DNA of 37,525 nt from Coniocarpon cinnabarinum (lineage: Eukaryota): NCBI GenBank assembly GCA_051942205.1, contig JAVECO010000026.1, forward strand, positions 124,001-161,525, read 5' to 3'. The notes under the pieces were generated by a model, which worked only from the letters and a program-made list of their open reading frames with translations, did not search any database and had not been told where the DNA came from. Of this stretch, positions 21,701 through 32,973 are shown piece by piece. How positions within the stretch are numbered: the first letter of the stretch is position 1; every line of letters begins with the position of its first letter. A program made the position numbers and the translations under genes.

Positions 21701-23260
21701 GCCTCACTGCAGCCGAAGATTGTTCTCATTGAAGAAGCCGCAGAAACCTTGGAGGGTCCTGTGATTGCTGCTTGCTTGGAGTCTGTGGAGCACTTGGTCC
21801 TGGTAGGCGACCACAAGCAACTGCGTCCAAACTGCCATGTCATGGAGCTGCAGAAACCGCCCTTCAATTTGAACATCTCCCTGTTTGAGCGCCTGGTCAA
21901 TAACGACGTCAACTACAGTGTCTTGGCGAGACAACGTCGCATGAAGCCGGAAATACGGAGGCTGTTGAAACCAATCTATGGGAACGCTGTCAGGGACCAC
22001 AAGAGCGTCCAGAAACTCGCACAGCGCCCGCCAGTTCCCGGAATGGGTGGCCTCACGACATGGTTCTTCACGCACGAATACCCTGACGAGCGTGATCAGG
22101 AATCTTCTAGCTTCAACACGTTAGAAGCAGAGATGATCCTTGGTCTGGTACAATATCTACACTACAATGGGGTCGCAGCGGACCAGATAACGATCCTCAC
22201 GTTCTACAACGGACAAAGAAGGCTAATCCGACGTCTATTTGCGGAGGACGAGAAAGCGCGAGGCAACGCAGATTTACGCATGGTCCAGCTCGTGACAGTG
22301 GACTCTTATCAAGGCGAAGAAAACGCGATTGTTATTCTTTCACTTGTGCGTTCGAACATCGAAGGCAAGATTGGCTTCATTGGCGTCGACAACCGCGTGT
22401 GTGTTGCCCTCTCACGTGCCCAAAGAGGATTTTACATCTTCGGAAATGCACAGCTGTTGTGCAACGAGAGCTGGTTGTGGAGTGAAATGATCACTTTGCT
22501 CTTCAACGGGTATGCTTGCACTCCAACAAAGAACGAGGAGCGGTTGCAAGGACCGGAGCTCAACAAAGGACTTCCGAAGGATCGTCGAATCGGATACCAT
22601 CTACCCCTCTGGTGCAAGAGACATCAACGACAATTTTGGGTCTTTGATCCCAACGATTGGAAGCGTAACGTAGGAGGATGCCACCGGCCATGTCAGGGTC
22701 GTCTGCCGTGTGGTCATCAGTGCCCGGAGCGATGTCACCCATGGCCTCATGAGCTCTACGAATGCCGGCAAGGATGTGTAAGGATGCTATCCTGTGGTCA
22801 TCGATGCAATCGTGATTGTTACCAGACGCCATGCGAGTGCGCAAAGGGTTGCCATGAGGGAGACGCAGTCTCCAACGTGAAGACGTCTCCACCAAACTCG
22901 CCTCCACAGTCCACTACAGCCGACGCTATGACCTCAGTTGATGACTTGGCTGAGAAATTTCAGCAGTTTGCACGAGACTGCGCCGCCGAAGATGCCGAGG
23001 CAAGGAAGGTAGCAGATGCCACGCCCCAGGACACGGAACGTCTCAACGCCCAGCGACAACAAGAGCTCGACGATGAGAATGCTCGGCTGCTCTTCATGGA
23101 CGACGCAAGCCAGGTAGGCGCAAAGCACAAGTTGGTGAACTATCAGAAAGCTGAAGATGGGTCAGTGACAAGGACGTGGCAATTCTCATACCAATCGAAA
23201 CCACAGAGGCAGGCGACCGTTGCCGCAGAGCAGCAATTTCTTTCGCTTCTGGATCAGTGA
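18708..23260 (+). CDS. ZNFX1/Hrr1/SAD-3-type SF1 (Upf1-like) RNA helicase with C-terminal NF-X1-type Cys/His zinc fingers (~1485 aa); join(18708..18804,18900..23260)
   Basis: Walker A QGPPGTGKT, motif Ia CQTNHALDQ, Walker B IEEAAE, LVGDHKQLRP, QRRM, TVDSYQGEEN and NRVCVALSRA; family block YLRSHYLLLREDA...W.QSKRLIAGTLV; C-terminal LPCGHQCPERCHP and LSCGHRC. Intron GTAAGA..GCTAAC..CAG adds an RG-rich first exon (MPRGGRGSRPPRG) in frame. Confidence 0.92.
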
Positions 23261-23466
23261 GCGGCGTCTCATCAAGCCCGTTCTTGCAACGATGTATGAA
23301 TGCTCAAGTAGGTGAATAAGTAGTGCCCTCTGCCCTGTTCATACAAGCAATGCGAGCCAATAGAACTGTGGTTTCATGAAAATACCAAGACTACGAAACG
23401 CTAGGCTGCTTTGCTCAGTCTAGTCCCGTGACTTGATACCAATCGGAGAATTTAGCGTGTTCTGAG

Positions 23467-23489
23467 ACGCGTCCGCTGAAACGCGTCCG
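23467..23489. promoter_or_regulatory. Tandem ACGCGT (MCB-like) sites, as a direct repeat ACGCGTCCG x2
   Basis: ACGCGT at 23467 and 23481, ~115-130 bp upstream of the GTPase ATG and just before a pyrimidine tract. Function is inferred. Confidence 0.45.
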
Positions 23490-23598
23490 TCCATCCAAGC
23501 TTTCCAGTGGCTTTCCCTTCTCTGACTGCTCTTTTTTGCTTCACCTCACGCTCTCTTTTTACAGCTTTGGATTCGTCATAAATCTTGTAGAGTGTCCG

Positions 23599-26500
23599 AT
23601 GGAGGGGCGTATTAAGCCCGATCCCGATGGGGTCAATTCCGCACCCGCTCTTTCCCCTTATCCGACTTACTTTCTCGAGGTACGTGAATATAACATCGAA
23701 ACCGGCTGCAGCTACACAAGTTCTCTTCTGCGGAGGTGCCTCGCGTGACCCGGATGACCATGCAGTTGAACGTCAGACTAACTTCGTGCTGCAGCAAGAG
23801 GCCAAGCAGCAATGGACCGCAACGGAGCCCCAGCTCAGCCGCCATCTCATTGAAGCTATGCAGATTGAACTTTCCTCTGACGTCGACGTCAAATTCATTG
23901 ATAGAATCGTGGAGACGGGGAATTGTGTGCTCATTGCGTCGTCCTTCAGGTTGTCCTTTGGGAGAAATCCAACTTGCGATGCTGGGCGTATTGCACTGTT
24001 CAAGCTGCTCAACAGCTCGGCGACCGCCGCAAAAGATTGGGAGAACAAAGACCACTGCGCCGTACATATGTGTCCGTAAGTCGGGCTCAGGAGTATGGGC
24101 TGGACGCTGGCAAGCTTGTTGAGTATCTGACAGCACGGATCAAAGTTTGGGATGAAGGCGTATCGACTGCTTTGTCTCTCATTATTCAGTGGACCTGGAA
24201 ACCCTTGCCGCCGGGACAGCAGCATGTATCAAAACCTGCCTCCGCACAACTGACGCAGCACGGAACAGGTTACGATGCCTCTCATTTTGCCAGACCGACT
24301 TCCATGGCTGGTGTTGAGAGGGCGAACAACCAACCTCCTGACGATGATCACTTCGGCACTGGTGCAACTCCAGCAGCCCAGCCACCCTCTTCCCAGTCCG
24401 CAGAAGCATCGGATACGTCAAGCTCATCTGATACGGGTGACGAGCACCAGCATTCGACTTCCATCGACCAAGACACCAAAACCAAGTTCCAATTACAGAG
24501 CTTACTCAATGCGCGACCTCTCGAGGTACTGGAGAAGGGTGTTACTGCGGGAATGAAGATCCTGGGTCAGCTCAAGCAGATGCTTCAGCAGAGAAAAGAC
24601 GAATCTCAAGAGGCTGCCATGTGGTTGGACCGTATCGAAAAGATCGAACGACAGGCCGTCAAAAGCCGGACAATCGTCGGTGTCGTCGGCAACACGGGCG
24701 CTGGCAAATCATCAGTCATCAACGCCATGCTTGACGAAGAGCGTCTTGTGCCGACGAATTGCATGAGAGCGTGCACCGCTTTCATCACTGAGATTTCTTA
24801 CAATGAGGAGAGCATTCCATATCGGGCTGAAGTCGAATTTATTGATCGTTCTGATTGGGCGAAAGAACTCAAGATTCTGTTTGATGAGCTTATCGATGGC
24901 TCTGGCCGTGTGAGCAGGGAATGCAGTGACGAAAATTCTGATGCTGGTGTGGCCTGGGCGAAAATCAAGGCAGTGTACCCAAGGCTCACGAAAGAAGTGA
25001 TTGAAAACAGCGACCCTGAAGAGCTGCTTCGCCACGAAAACACCAGAGTACTTGGAAGTACGATCAAGCTCGCAGAGCGTAACAATATTACGTTTTACAA
25101 GAAGCTCCAAGGTTTGATCGATAGTAGAGAGAAGAATGAGAAACCTGAAGATTTAGATGGCAAGAAAAAGAAACCAAGGGAGCCAGCCTACTGGCCACTT
25201 ATCAAGACAGTCAAACTCTATGTGAAGTCCCCTGCTTTGGAGACTGGTGCAGTTATCGTGGATTTACCCGGTGTGCATGACAGCAATGCCGCCAGAGCCA
25301 AGGTGGCTGAAAATTACATGAAGCAGTGCACTGGCCTTTGGATTGTCGCACCAATCAATCGAGCTGTTGACGACAAAGCCGCGAAAACTCTATTGGGCAG
25401 GCGTTCAAGCGTCAGCTGAAGATGGACGGAGGCTTCAGCACGGTTACGTTCATTTGCAGCAAGACTGATGATATAAGTGTTATGGAGGCTACCGATTCAC
25501 TGGGTCTTGAAGAAGAGTTTGAAGCAAAGGACGAGAAATTGCGCAGCCTCAAGAAGGACATCAAAGAGATCGAGAAGGATCTTCAGTCGCTGTCTAGCAC
25601 AAAGGATGACTATCAAGATCAGTGTGATGCTGCCGAGGAAGAATATGATATCTGGGAAACACTGAAAGATGATCTCGAGAACGGGAAGACAGTGTTTCGC
25701 TCTGCTCCCAGCACAGGTTCGAAGAGAAAGCGCGCCGCATCCAAGTCACGCAGTCGCAAGCGCCAACGCGGTTCTGCGTCTGATTTCGACGACTCCGAGG
25801 GTTCGAGCAGCTCTGACGATGCCGATGAAGAGAGTGACAACGAAGAAAACATCGACAAGAACCCGCTAACACTCGACGAAGCCACTGCAGAATTGGAGCG
25901 CCTGCGGAAATTGCGCAAAGAGAGTCGAGAGAAAAAGACCGAAATCAATCACGAAATTAAAGACCTCAAGAGTCAAGTCAGAAGTCTACAACGCGATGCT
26001 GATGCCATCGACGCTGAGAAACGCACACGCTGCATTTCCGGACGCAATGAGTACTCGTCGCAGGCCATTCGCTCCGACTATGCCTCTGGAATTCGTGAAC
26101 TGGATGGAGAAATTGCAGAAGAGGAAGATGCAGCGAATTTCAATCCGGACGAAGACCGTCGCGACTACGATGAGGTCGCGCGAAGCTTGCCGGTGTTCTG
26201 CGTGTCATCACGAGCGTACCATAAAATGAAAGGGCGGTTGCGTCAAGAAGCGGACGTGCCTGGGTTTGAGACTGTGGATCAAACGCAACTACCACAGCTC
26301 CAACAGCATTGCCGAGAGCTCACTATCAAGGGACGCAGCAACGCTTGCAACCGCTTCTTCTCCGCGTTGTCACAATTGTTCAATTCCCTATCCCTTTGGG
26401 CCGCCAATGACGGTTCTGGGTCAAATTTGTCAGCGGACCACAAGACCCGCGAGGTAAGCCATTGTCACCTGGTTGACAAGGGGAGGCTCGACGGCGCTAA

Positions 26501-28081
26501 CAATTTCTATAACAGGAAAAGCATCTCCAACAGAAAATTGCCGGCCTCGAGTCCGTAAGTACCTACTACGCAGGATGACCTCAATTTCGCTAACAATCGT
26601 AGGATCTCGACAAACTTGTCGACTCTACTGGGAAGGAGCTTCGGACAGAAGTCGCCGACCTCATCTACGACCGTTTCTCACAAGCGGTATTCCAATCCAA
26701 ACAGGCGGCTATTCCGTCTGTTCAGCAATGGGGGGCTCCTGTCAATCGCGAAAACCGTGCCCTTGGAGGCCTACATTGGTCAACTTACGCGGCAATTTGC
26801 CGACGCAATGGCGTATACACAAACGCGCGAGGTCAGCATGACTGGAATGGCCAGCTCATAGACCCACTGATCAAGCACATTGTGTCCAACTGGGAGAAAG
26901 TCTTTGTTCGCCGAGTCCCCGGCGTCATGAAGAATTTCGTCAAAGACGCTTGCAACAGGATTCGTGATTTTCACGTGAAGATATCGAGTCGCGCGAGGTC
27001 GACTGGAGCAGCCAGTGCCGGCCTTTACCTCTTAGAAGAGCAATTAAAGGTGTATGAGCAGGAGTTCAAGCGTATCTCTGATCAGTCTACGGAAACAATC
27101 AACAATCGTCAGAAAGAAATTAACCGCGAATTTCGCCCCGTGGTCGAGCGTGAAATGGAATCAGCATATGACCGTTGCACCGCTGATCGCGGCACGGGAG
27201 TCAGCGCACGCCGCAAAGGTTACATGGAAGAGCACGTCAACGAACACAAAGAGCATATGTTCACTGATAGCACTACTCATGTCAAAGGCGCCCTCGACAC
27301 AATGATTCGAGAGGTTCGCCGTGAGATTGAAAACCAGGTTGATGAGGCAATCTTGACTTCGTTGAAGCGAGACTACATGTCTGCGTTTGGATGGAACAGC
27401 GATGCTCAGCTTTTGCCAAAGCCCCAGCGAGCGATGCGCAAAGCTGTGCTTGACAAGGTTATGTCAGCGGAATATGTGTTCCAGCGTGTTGTTGACTCTG
27501 ACGACGAGATGGAAGACATCTTTAAGGAGGAAGAAGAAGCGAGCAGATTGGATTCGCCCTTGGATAACTCTGACAAAGAGGCCCGCACCCCGTTTGCAAA
27601 AGGCCAACATGATTCCAAGCCTCACGGAAAGCGAACGAGCGAGCCTACCCATTTGCCAAAGCGCTCAGACAGCAAGAGTAAAGACAACGCCTCGCGTTCG
27701 GTGTCTGCCGGAAGATTTTCACAAATGCCAGCCACCCCTGTACCCAGACCCAAGTCTGAGCCGGAGCCTCAGCAGGAGCCCGAGCCGAAGTCCTCTGTAA
27801 AGCCAGAACCAACACCGTCCAGATCTGCTGCTCGAGATTCTGGCATCGGCATCCGCGAAGACTCTCGTTCGCCTAGCGATTCTCCACCGCAACGTCAGAC
27901 ATCTATTAAACCACTTCAAGAAAAGGATTCGCGCAACGTCAACCGCATGCCGGCAGGGCATGATGGCTCGAACGAAGAAAAAGAGATCAAGCCCGCATCT
28001 GGTCTCCTCGCTCATGCCAGCAGCGACTCTGATGACGATGAGCTACCTTCGTATGAGGCAATGATGCGTCAGCCATTGTGA
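23599..28081 (+). CDS. NUGGC/SLIP-GC-like dynamin-superfamily GTPase (~1390 aa if repaired); join(23599..23679,23795..24071,24146..26453,26516..26554,26603..28081) with a 1-nt frameshift at ~25399-25400; possible pseudogene or assembly error
   Basis: G1 GNTGAGKSS, G2 RACTA, G3 DLPG and G4 CSKTDD; LPVFCVSSRAY; coiled-coil insert; C-terminal GGLHWSTYAAICRRNG...DWN motif of fungal NUGGC-like proteins. The two 3' introns are canonical (GCTAAC branch sites); the 5' exon structure is less certain. Confidence 0.82.
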
Positions 28082-29170
28082 TGCCAGGGTCAAATCTGAC
28101 CTAGCATCTTTTGCATGCTTTCGCGTCATGCGCGCGATCCCGAACCGTCCATGTGATGAGCGTTCTAACGGCTCGCAACTTTGTCCATGCTAAGGAGGCA
28201 CACCCCTCGTTCGACTCTTCACCAGCGTATCCATGCGCAGGATCGTGTCCGAAGCCCAGTACCACACAAGGATCTGGCATGTTTCACACTTTTTCTTCTC
28301 TTTCTTTTCGAGGCCGTCAAGTGTGTCATCCGTTCTGGATGCCTCAGATGGCCTTATCTTTGTATTTATAGTACACCAAAAATTGCGAAGAGCGCGCTGT
28401 TTGTCTAGTTCACACTCATGTACGATTTTATCCCTGAATTTAGACATTGTACGGCAAGGTCTTTCACGCCAGATGCGGAATATGGACACCTGATGCCTAA
28501 ACCCTCTAGCTGTACTACGTGTTTCACCGCCGGTGGTGTTTCAGTGTGCGATGGTGTCCGGCATTGGCTACTCGCCACATTCCTGAATGTTTCGTCTCCT
28601 CTCGAAGCCCTGCCATTCTCGTTTTCCAAAGATGCGCAGAAAGGCTCACGTTATGGATCATCATTTAATATCGAAGCAGCGCTATCAGTGTTATCTTCAA
28701 GCGAGCCTCAAAGATACACGGCATGAGCAGCACACGTTGCAGAAGCTAACGTCAGGCGTGAAGAAAAGATGCAAGTGTGAGAAGGAAATATCATACACTT
28801 TTCTCAATCTGCGACGGCTCTAATTCAAAGACGACCATTTGTCGCGGCTGCTGTAAAGAGGCACGAACTAGTATCAATGACAGATGTCGCAGTGGCCGTC
28901 ATGGCAGTTTTGAAGCTCTCTGAACATCACAGCAATTGTGAGCAGCGTTGTGCAGGTAATTTTATCGGTAGAAAATCTGTACGCGAAGACCTTCCATGGT
29001 ACGAAATCGACCTGAGCCGCTGCTAGAGCGAGTGAGCAATTTGGTTCCTTTGTCAGCGCAGAACTCCTCAAATATGCGCCTACACTCCACGCTCAGGGCC
29101 GCCAAGTGCAATGTGACCCATAGTTTCGATGATGTTAACCGCCTCCCGAGGCAAGCTCGAGTTTGCAACT

Positions 29171-30538
29171 CTACCAGATGGTCCCACCCCTTCGTCTACC
29201 CGCCTGTGGTCTGCCCGGCGGCGGTCCCCAGGCCTGCCTCTTCGGTGCTCCATCCTCCTTGTCCGCTCTCTCCTCACCCCGCGCTCGACCCCGTCCTTGC
29301 ACATTCTGTCTCCGCGGTTTCTGCGTCATATGTCCCGCGACGCTGGTGCCCTTCTCACCAAGTGGTAGTCCAAACAAGCGTCCTGCGCGGGGACAGCTCG
29401 TGCGACGGGCACAGTACTTGCCACCCCACCGCAGAATCGCATCACAGCGCTCTTCCATGGTCAGCGCGTTATCGATGCCCGACTTGGCGGGCTCCGTCCA
29501 TCCGTCCATCCAGTCTTCGCGGTCCGCGCGCAGGGAGATCATCCGCTCGTTCCAGACGCAGGCACCGGCGCCGTATTCAGACGGCCACGCGACTTCGTAG
29601 CCGCGGAGCTGCGGGATGGCTTCGTCGAGAAAGCGGCCGCCCGCTGCGTCAAAGAGGGTCGTGTCTTCTTTGACGGGAGCAATGACACCAGCCGGAATCT
29701 TGGCGCTGGCAGAAGACGCAACAGCGCGCCAGCGTGCAGGCTTGAATATGCCGACAGGGTTGCGCGCCGGAGCTGTTTCGCCCTCGGCGGGATAGTGCCT
29801 AGGCGCAAACCACGCAGCGCCGATTTTCTCCAGAGATTCACAAAAGTCGTCTTCTCCCTCTTGGTAGAGGCTACGGTCGGTGTCATGAGTTGCGTCGAGG
29901 CCGAGCCATTCGAGCTCTAGAGGCGAGACCGTCTTCGACCAGAGGCCGCCATAGGATGGGTAGCAGGCTGCGATGTTGCCCAGGGTTGTGATTGTGAGGC
30001 GGCGGACAGGAGCCATTGGACGCACATGTTCGACCTTGGGGTGAGGTGCTGGGCTGGGCTTGGAAGCCGGGGGCGTCCAGTGGTATCCAGGCTTAGCTGG
30101 CTTCATCGACGGTGTTGGCGTCTCAGTGAGGACGGGTCTCGAAGGTGGAGGCCTTGCAGGTGCTGGTGCTGCGCCGGGACTAGGACGGTTGAGGTAGAGG
30201 AAAAAGAGAAACGGGGGGACACAGAAGCAGAGCAAGATGCCCCAGAACGCATCTTGAATGAAGCGTTTCGTTGCGGGCTTCATCTTCGGTAGCGAGGGAA
30301 CCTTGAGATCGGGCACGCCGGCTGCATGAATGCTGAGGCGGACTTTGTCAGGCAGACTGCGGCCTGCAGGCTTCTTCTTGCGTGGGACGGCTTTGGGTGG
30401 TGGCGATTCGTCGTCCTTATCCTTGTGCTTATGCTTCTTCTTGTCCTTATCGGTATCCTGATCATCTTTTTCTTTATCCTTGTCCTTGTCCTTGCTCTTG
30501 TCTTTGCCCTTGTCGGAGTCATCGTCGTGGTGGCCCAT
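29171..30538 (-). CDS. Hypothetical single-pass membrane protein (455 aa): K/D-rich N-terminus, TM helix, Pro-rich stalk, Trp/Cys-containing C-terminal domain of unknown function
   Basis: 1368-nt ORF with a good start context (CCGCCATGG); hydrophobic segment AFWGILLCFCVPPFLFFLYL; globular-looking ELEWLGL...EDDFC..L...GA.W and LTMEERC..I...GG motifs. Confidence 0.75.
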   Translation of the reverse strand: MGHHDDDSDKGKDKSKDKDKDKEKDDQDTDKDKKKHKHKDKDDESPPPKAVPRKKKPAGRSLPDKVRLSIHAAGVPDLKVPSLPKMKPATKRFIQDAFWGILLCFCVPPFLFFLYLNRPSPGAAPAPARPPPSRPVLTETPTPSMKPAKPGYHWTPPASKPSPAPHPKVEHVRPMAPVRRLTITTLGNIAACYPSYGGLWSKTVSPLELEWLGLDATHDTDRSLYQEGEDDFCESLEKIGAAWFAPRHYPAEGETAPARNPVGIFKPARWRAVASSASAKIPAGVIAPVKEDTTLFDAAGGRFLDEAIPQLRGYEVAWPSEYGAGACVWNERMISLRADREDWMDGWTEPAKSGIDNALTMEERCDAILRWGGKYCARRTSCPRAGRLFGLPLGEKGTSVAGHMTQKPRRQNVQGRGRARGEERADKEDGAPKRQAWGPPPGRPQAGRRRGGTIW

Positions 30539-31339
30539 GGCGGTGCACTCTGTGTGATGGTGTTAAATCTGCAGCGGTAAGCGTCAACCAATTTTCAATT
30601 AAAGACTAGCGAAGGAAAGCAGACGATTATTGATGTGTCAATGCAAGGCATACGTCAGCCCCATCCAAATGGACAGCTGGCCGAGGGCCGAAACAGCCAG
30701 ATCTCGTTTCGTTACGTGTTCTTCACAAATGCGGCTTCTTTACTGATTTGTGTCTCTCCCGTTCCTTCCGAGCGCTTTTTGGTCATTTTGCGAGCCAGCG
30801 TGGCCAGTGGGCAGTGTGAGTATGCAAGTCGAGATGGTATACGAGCTACCATCGACTGCATCATAGCACGTTCTTCTACCGTAAGCAGGGCATGCTGGCA
30901 CCCGGCAGTGGTGCGCGCAGAAAATGTAAAAAAAGAGATGACGAGTCAATGCTTATGAGTGGCCCAGTGTTGTCTAGAATTTGTCAAAGGCTCTCAGTCA
31001 GTGTTGGAGCAAGCACAGGGGATTACGCTTCGTGCGCTGTCGAAGTCCAGTGTGGGAACGGTTTGTAGTCGCTTTGGGCAATAGCAGCACTTCAGGAGCG
31101 AATTAAAGTCTTGATCAATGACACAAGGGTCAAGTCTTGAATGAATTTCATTTGTATTCGATTGTGCACTGAGGATCCAATTGACGTTGCTGGAAATAAG
31201 TGAAGTGCCCAAGTGTGCTCTTTTAGAATGCTTGGCGACGCCAAACCTATCACGGCGTGAACGATCTGAGCCCACTTTACTTCCTCCATTTCGCGAGGAA
31301 CGCCTTTGGCAGCCTGCAGAACAATGTCAGCGTTGATTC

Positions 31340-32029
31340 TCACTGCGCGCCCAACATTCTCGGTTTGCTTGCGTATGGGATGGCTGGGGGTAGAGATGAC
31401 ATCGGTGATGGCGGTGCACCCAGTGGCCCACGCATGTCTTCCGGTCTGAGGGGACTGACGGGGGATGCGTGAAGTGAAGGTGTCGGGGGTTGCGGTACAT
31501 ACTTTGCCACTTGTGGTTTCTCCTGAACTTGCTCAAAATCTGACTGCGCGCCACCGAACTCAACATCCCTGGTCATCTTGCGGCGGCGAAGGAACACCCA
31601 GGTACCATAGGCGGCCGTGATGACCCACAGAGAGAGGCTGATGAGATCGACCCAGACTGCGTTCTTCATCTGCTGAGTATTGGTACCCTGGAACGATGCC
31701 TTTGGATTATTGGCATTACGGTTGAGAAATAGACCAGCAAATTTGCCGAAAAGCGCGAGCCAGAAGATGACGAGCATCCAGTCCCAGAAAAAGCAGTAGT
31801 AGACTTTCACCTTTGGTATGCTATAGGCAATGGTGGTGACACAGGTCAGTCCACCCACGACGACGGCAAATATAAATGACGAGTCCGACGCTTGGTTGTG
31901 AGACGACTGGCTGTGTACGTGGTTTCCGTAGATACCAGCCACGGTGAGGCCGAGCACGAATTGGAGAAAACGAACAATGAGCTTGCTGATGTTGTGGGCC
32001 GTGCCCTCACCCTGCAGGAACTCCTTCAT
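31340..32029 (-). CDS. MARVEL-domain four-TM membrane protein (229 aa) with Pro-rich tail
   Basis: First true ATG at 32029 (CAACATGA). Four hydrophobic helices: VRFLQFVLGLTVAGIYG / IFAVVVGGLTCVT / WDWMLVIFWLALFGKF / MKNAVWVDLISLSLW, the pattern of fungal MARVEL proteins. Confidence 0.85.
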   Translation of the reverse strand: MKEFLQGEGTAHNISKLIVRFLQFVLGLTVAGIYGNHVHSQSSHNQASDSSFIFAVVVGGLTCVTTIAYSIPKVKVYYCFFWDWMLVIFWLALFGKFAGLFLNRNANNPKASFQGTNTQQMKNAVWVDLISLSLWVITAAYGTWVFLRRRKMTRDVEFGGAQSDFEQVQEKPQVAKYVPQPPTPSLHASPVSPLRPEDMRGPLGAPPSPMSSLPPAIPYASKPRMLGAQ

Positions 32030-32973
32030 GTTGTAGCGCGTGCAGTGATTCTGCTCTGCTGTTGTCTTATTGTCTTGTTTGAAGTCGTCCTGCGACTCCG
32101 AAGGAATGTGCTGGGATATTAACTTGTTTGGTATGAGGAATGAGCGACGAGATTGAACAATAAACGAATGGAAGAAGAAAGTCCGTCCTGGCCGGCAGCG
32201 ACAGAAGGGCAATTAAGGGAGGCTTCTACAGGCCAGAGCGTCACAGTGGGGGTACACGAGCCTACACATTTGATCAGGTCGTTGATGCGGCGCACAGCGG
32301 ATGCAAGCGGTGCTTTTGGGCGCACGAGCTGGTGACAATGGCATTGTTCTGACTGGCGCTTATTTCACGAACAATGCGTTTGCCAGCAGCCAATCGAGTT
32401 TGCGTGTTTCAGGTTGGGGGTGCCTTGTGACAAACGCTCTGGCAGGCTTGCCTTCGTTTCGTATTTGGTAAGTACTGCTTTTGCGCTGTAGTTGGCCGAT
32501 TGATGGCGTGTTGGATCACCCGCTTCGAGAACACGGGAGCGAGAGAAGCGCTGTGTAAGGTGGGCGCAGTCTTTAGGTGGGAAAAGCCTCTGGTTCCCTG
32601 CTGTGATAAACTACGTGTGTACTTTTATGAGCGCATCGTACTTAACTGGTGCAGAGTCTGAACAAGGCTGTGTCGGATGGTAAAGTGAAATGGAAATATG
32701 GTGGGTGACTGGGACTGGTACTTTGGTGATCGTGAGCTGCGGAATGAGAGCACGGTCCTTGCCACCCTGTCCGAACCCTGCTTGGCTGATGCCCGCGGTG
32801 GACCGCGCGGCCAATGATGCAGTACTACAGTAGGTAGCCAGTGTATGTACCTCTATGGAGTGCAGAAACTCGAGAATGATGTGAACAGCGCCATGAGTCG
32901 TTTCACAAGCTGACAGTCTTGCTGAGTCCAAACGCTCTCCAACGACCAATGACGAGAAGGCGACCGATCAAGC

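Noticed and set aside
25393..25421. Programmed -1 ribosomal frameshift, or A-to-I stop-codon editing, in the GTPase
   Set aside because: There is no slippery heptamer, and the lesion is an indel rather than an in-frame TAG, so stop editing could not repair it. Kept only as an indel finding.
32030..32212. 61-codon N-terminal extension of the MARVEL ORF
   Set aside because: It begins at a non-ATG codon and reads like 5'-UTR; the ATG at 32029 has good context and directly precedes TM1.
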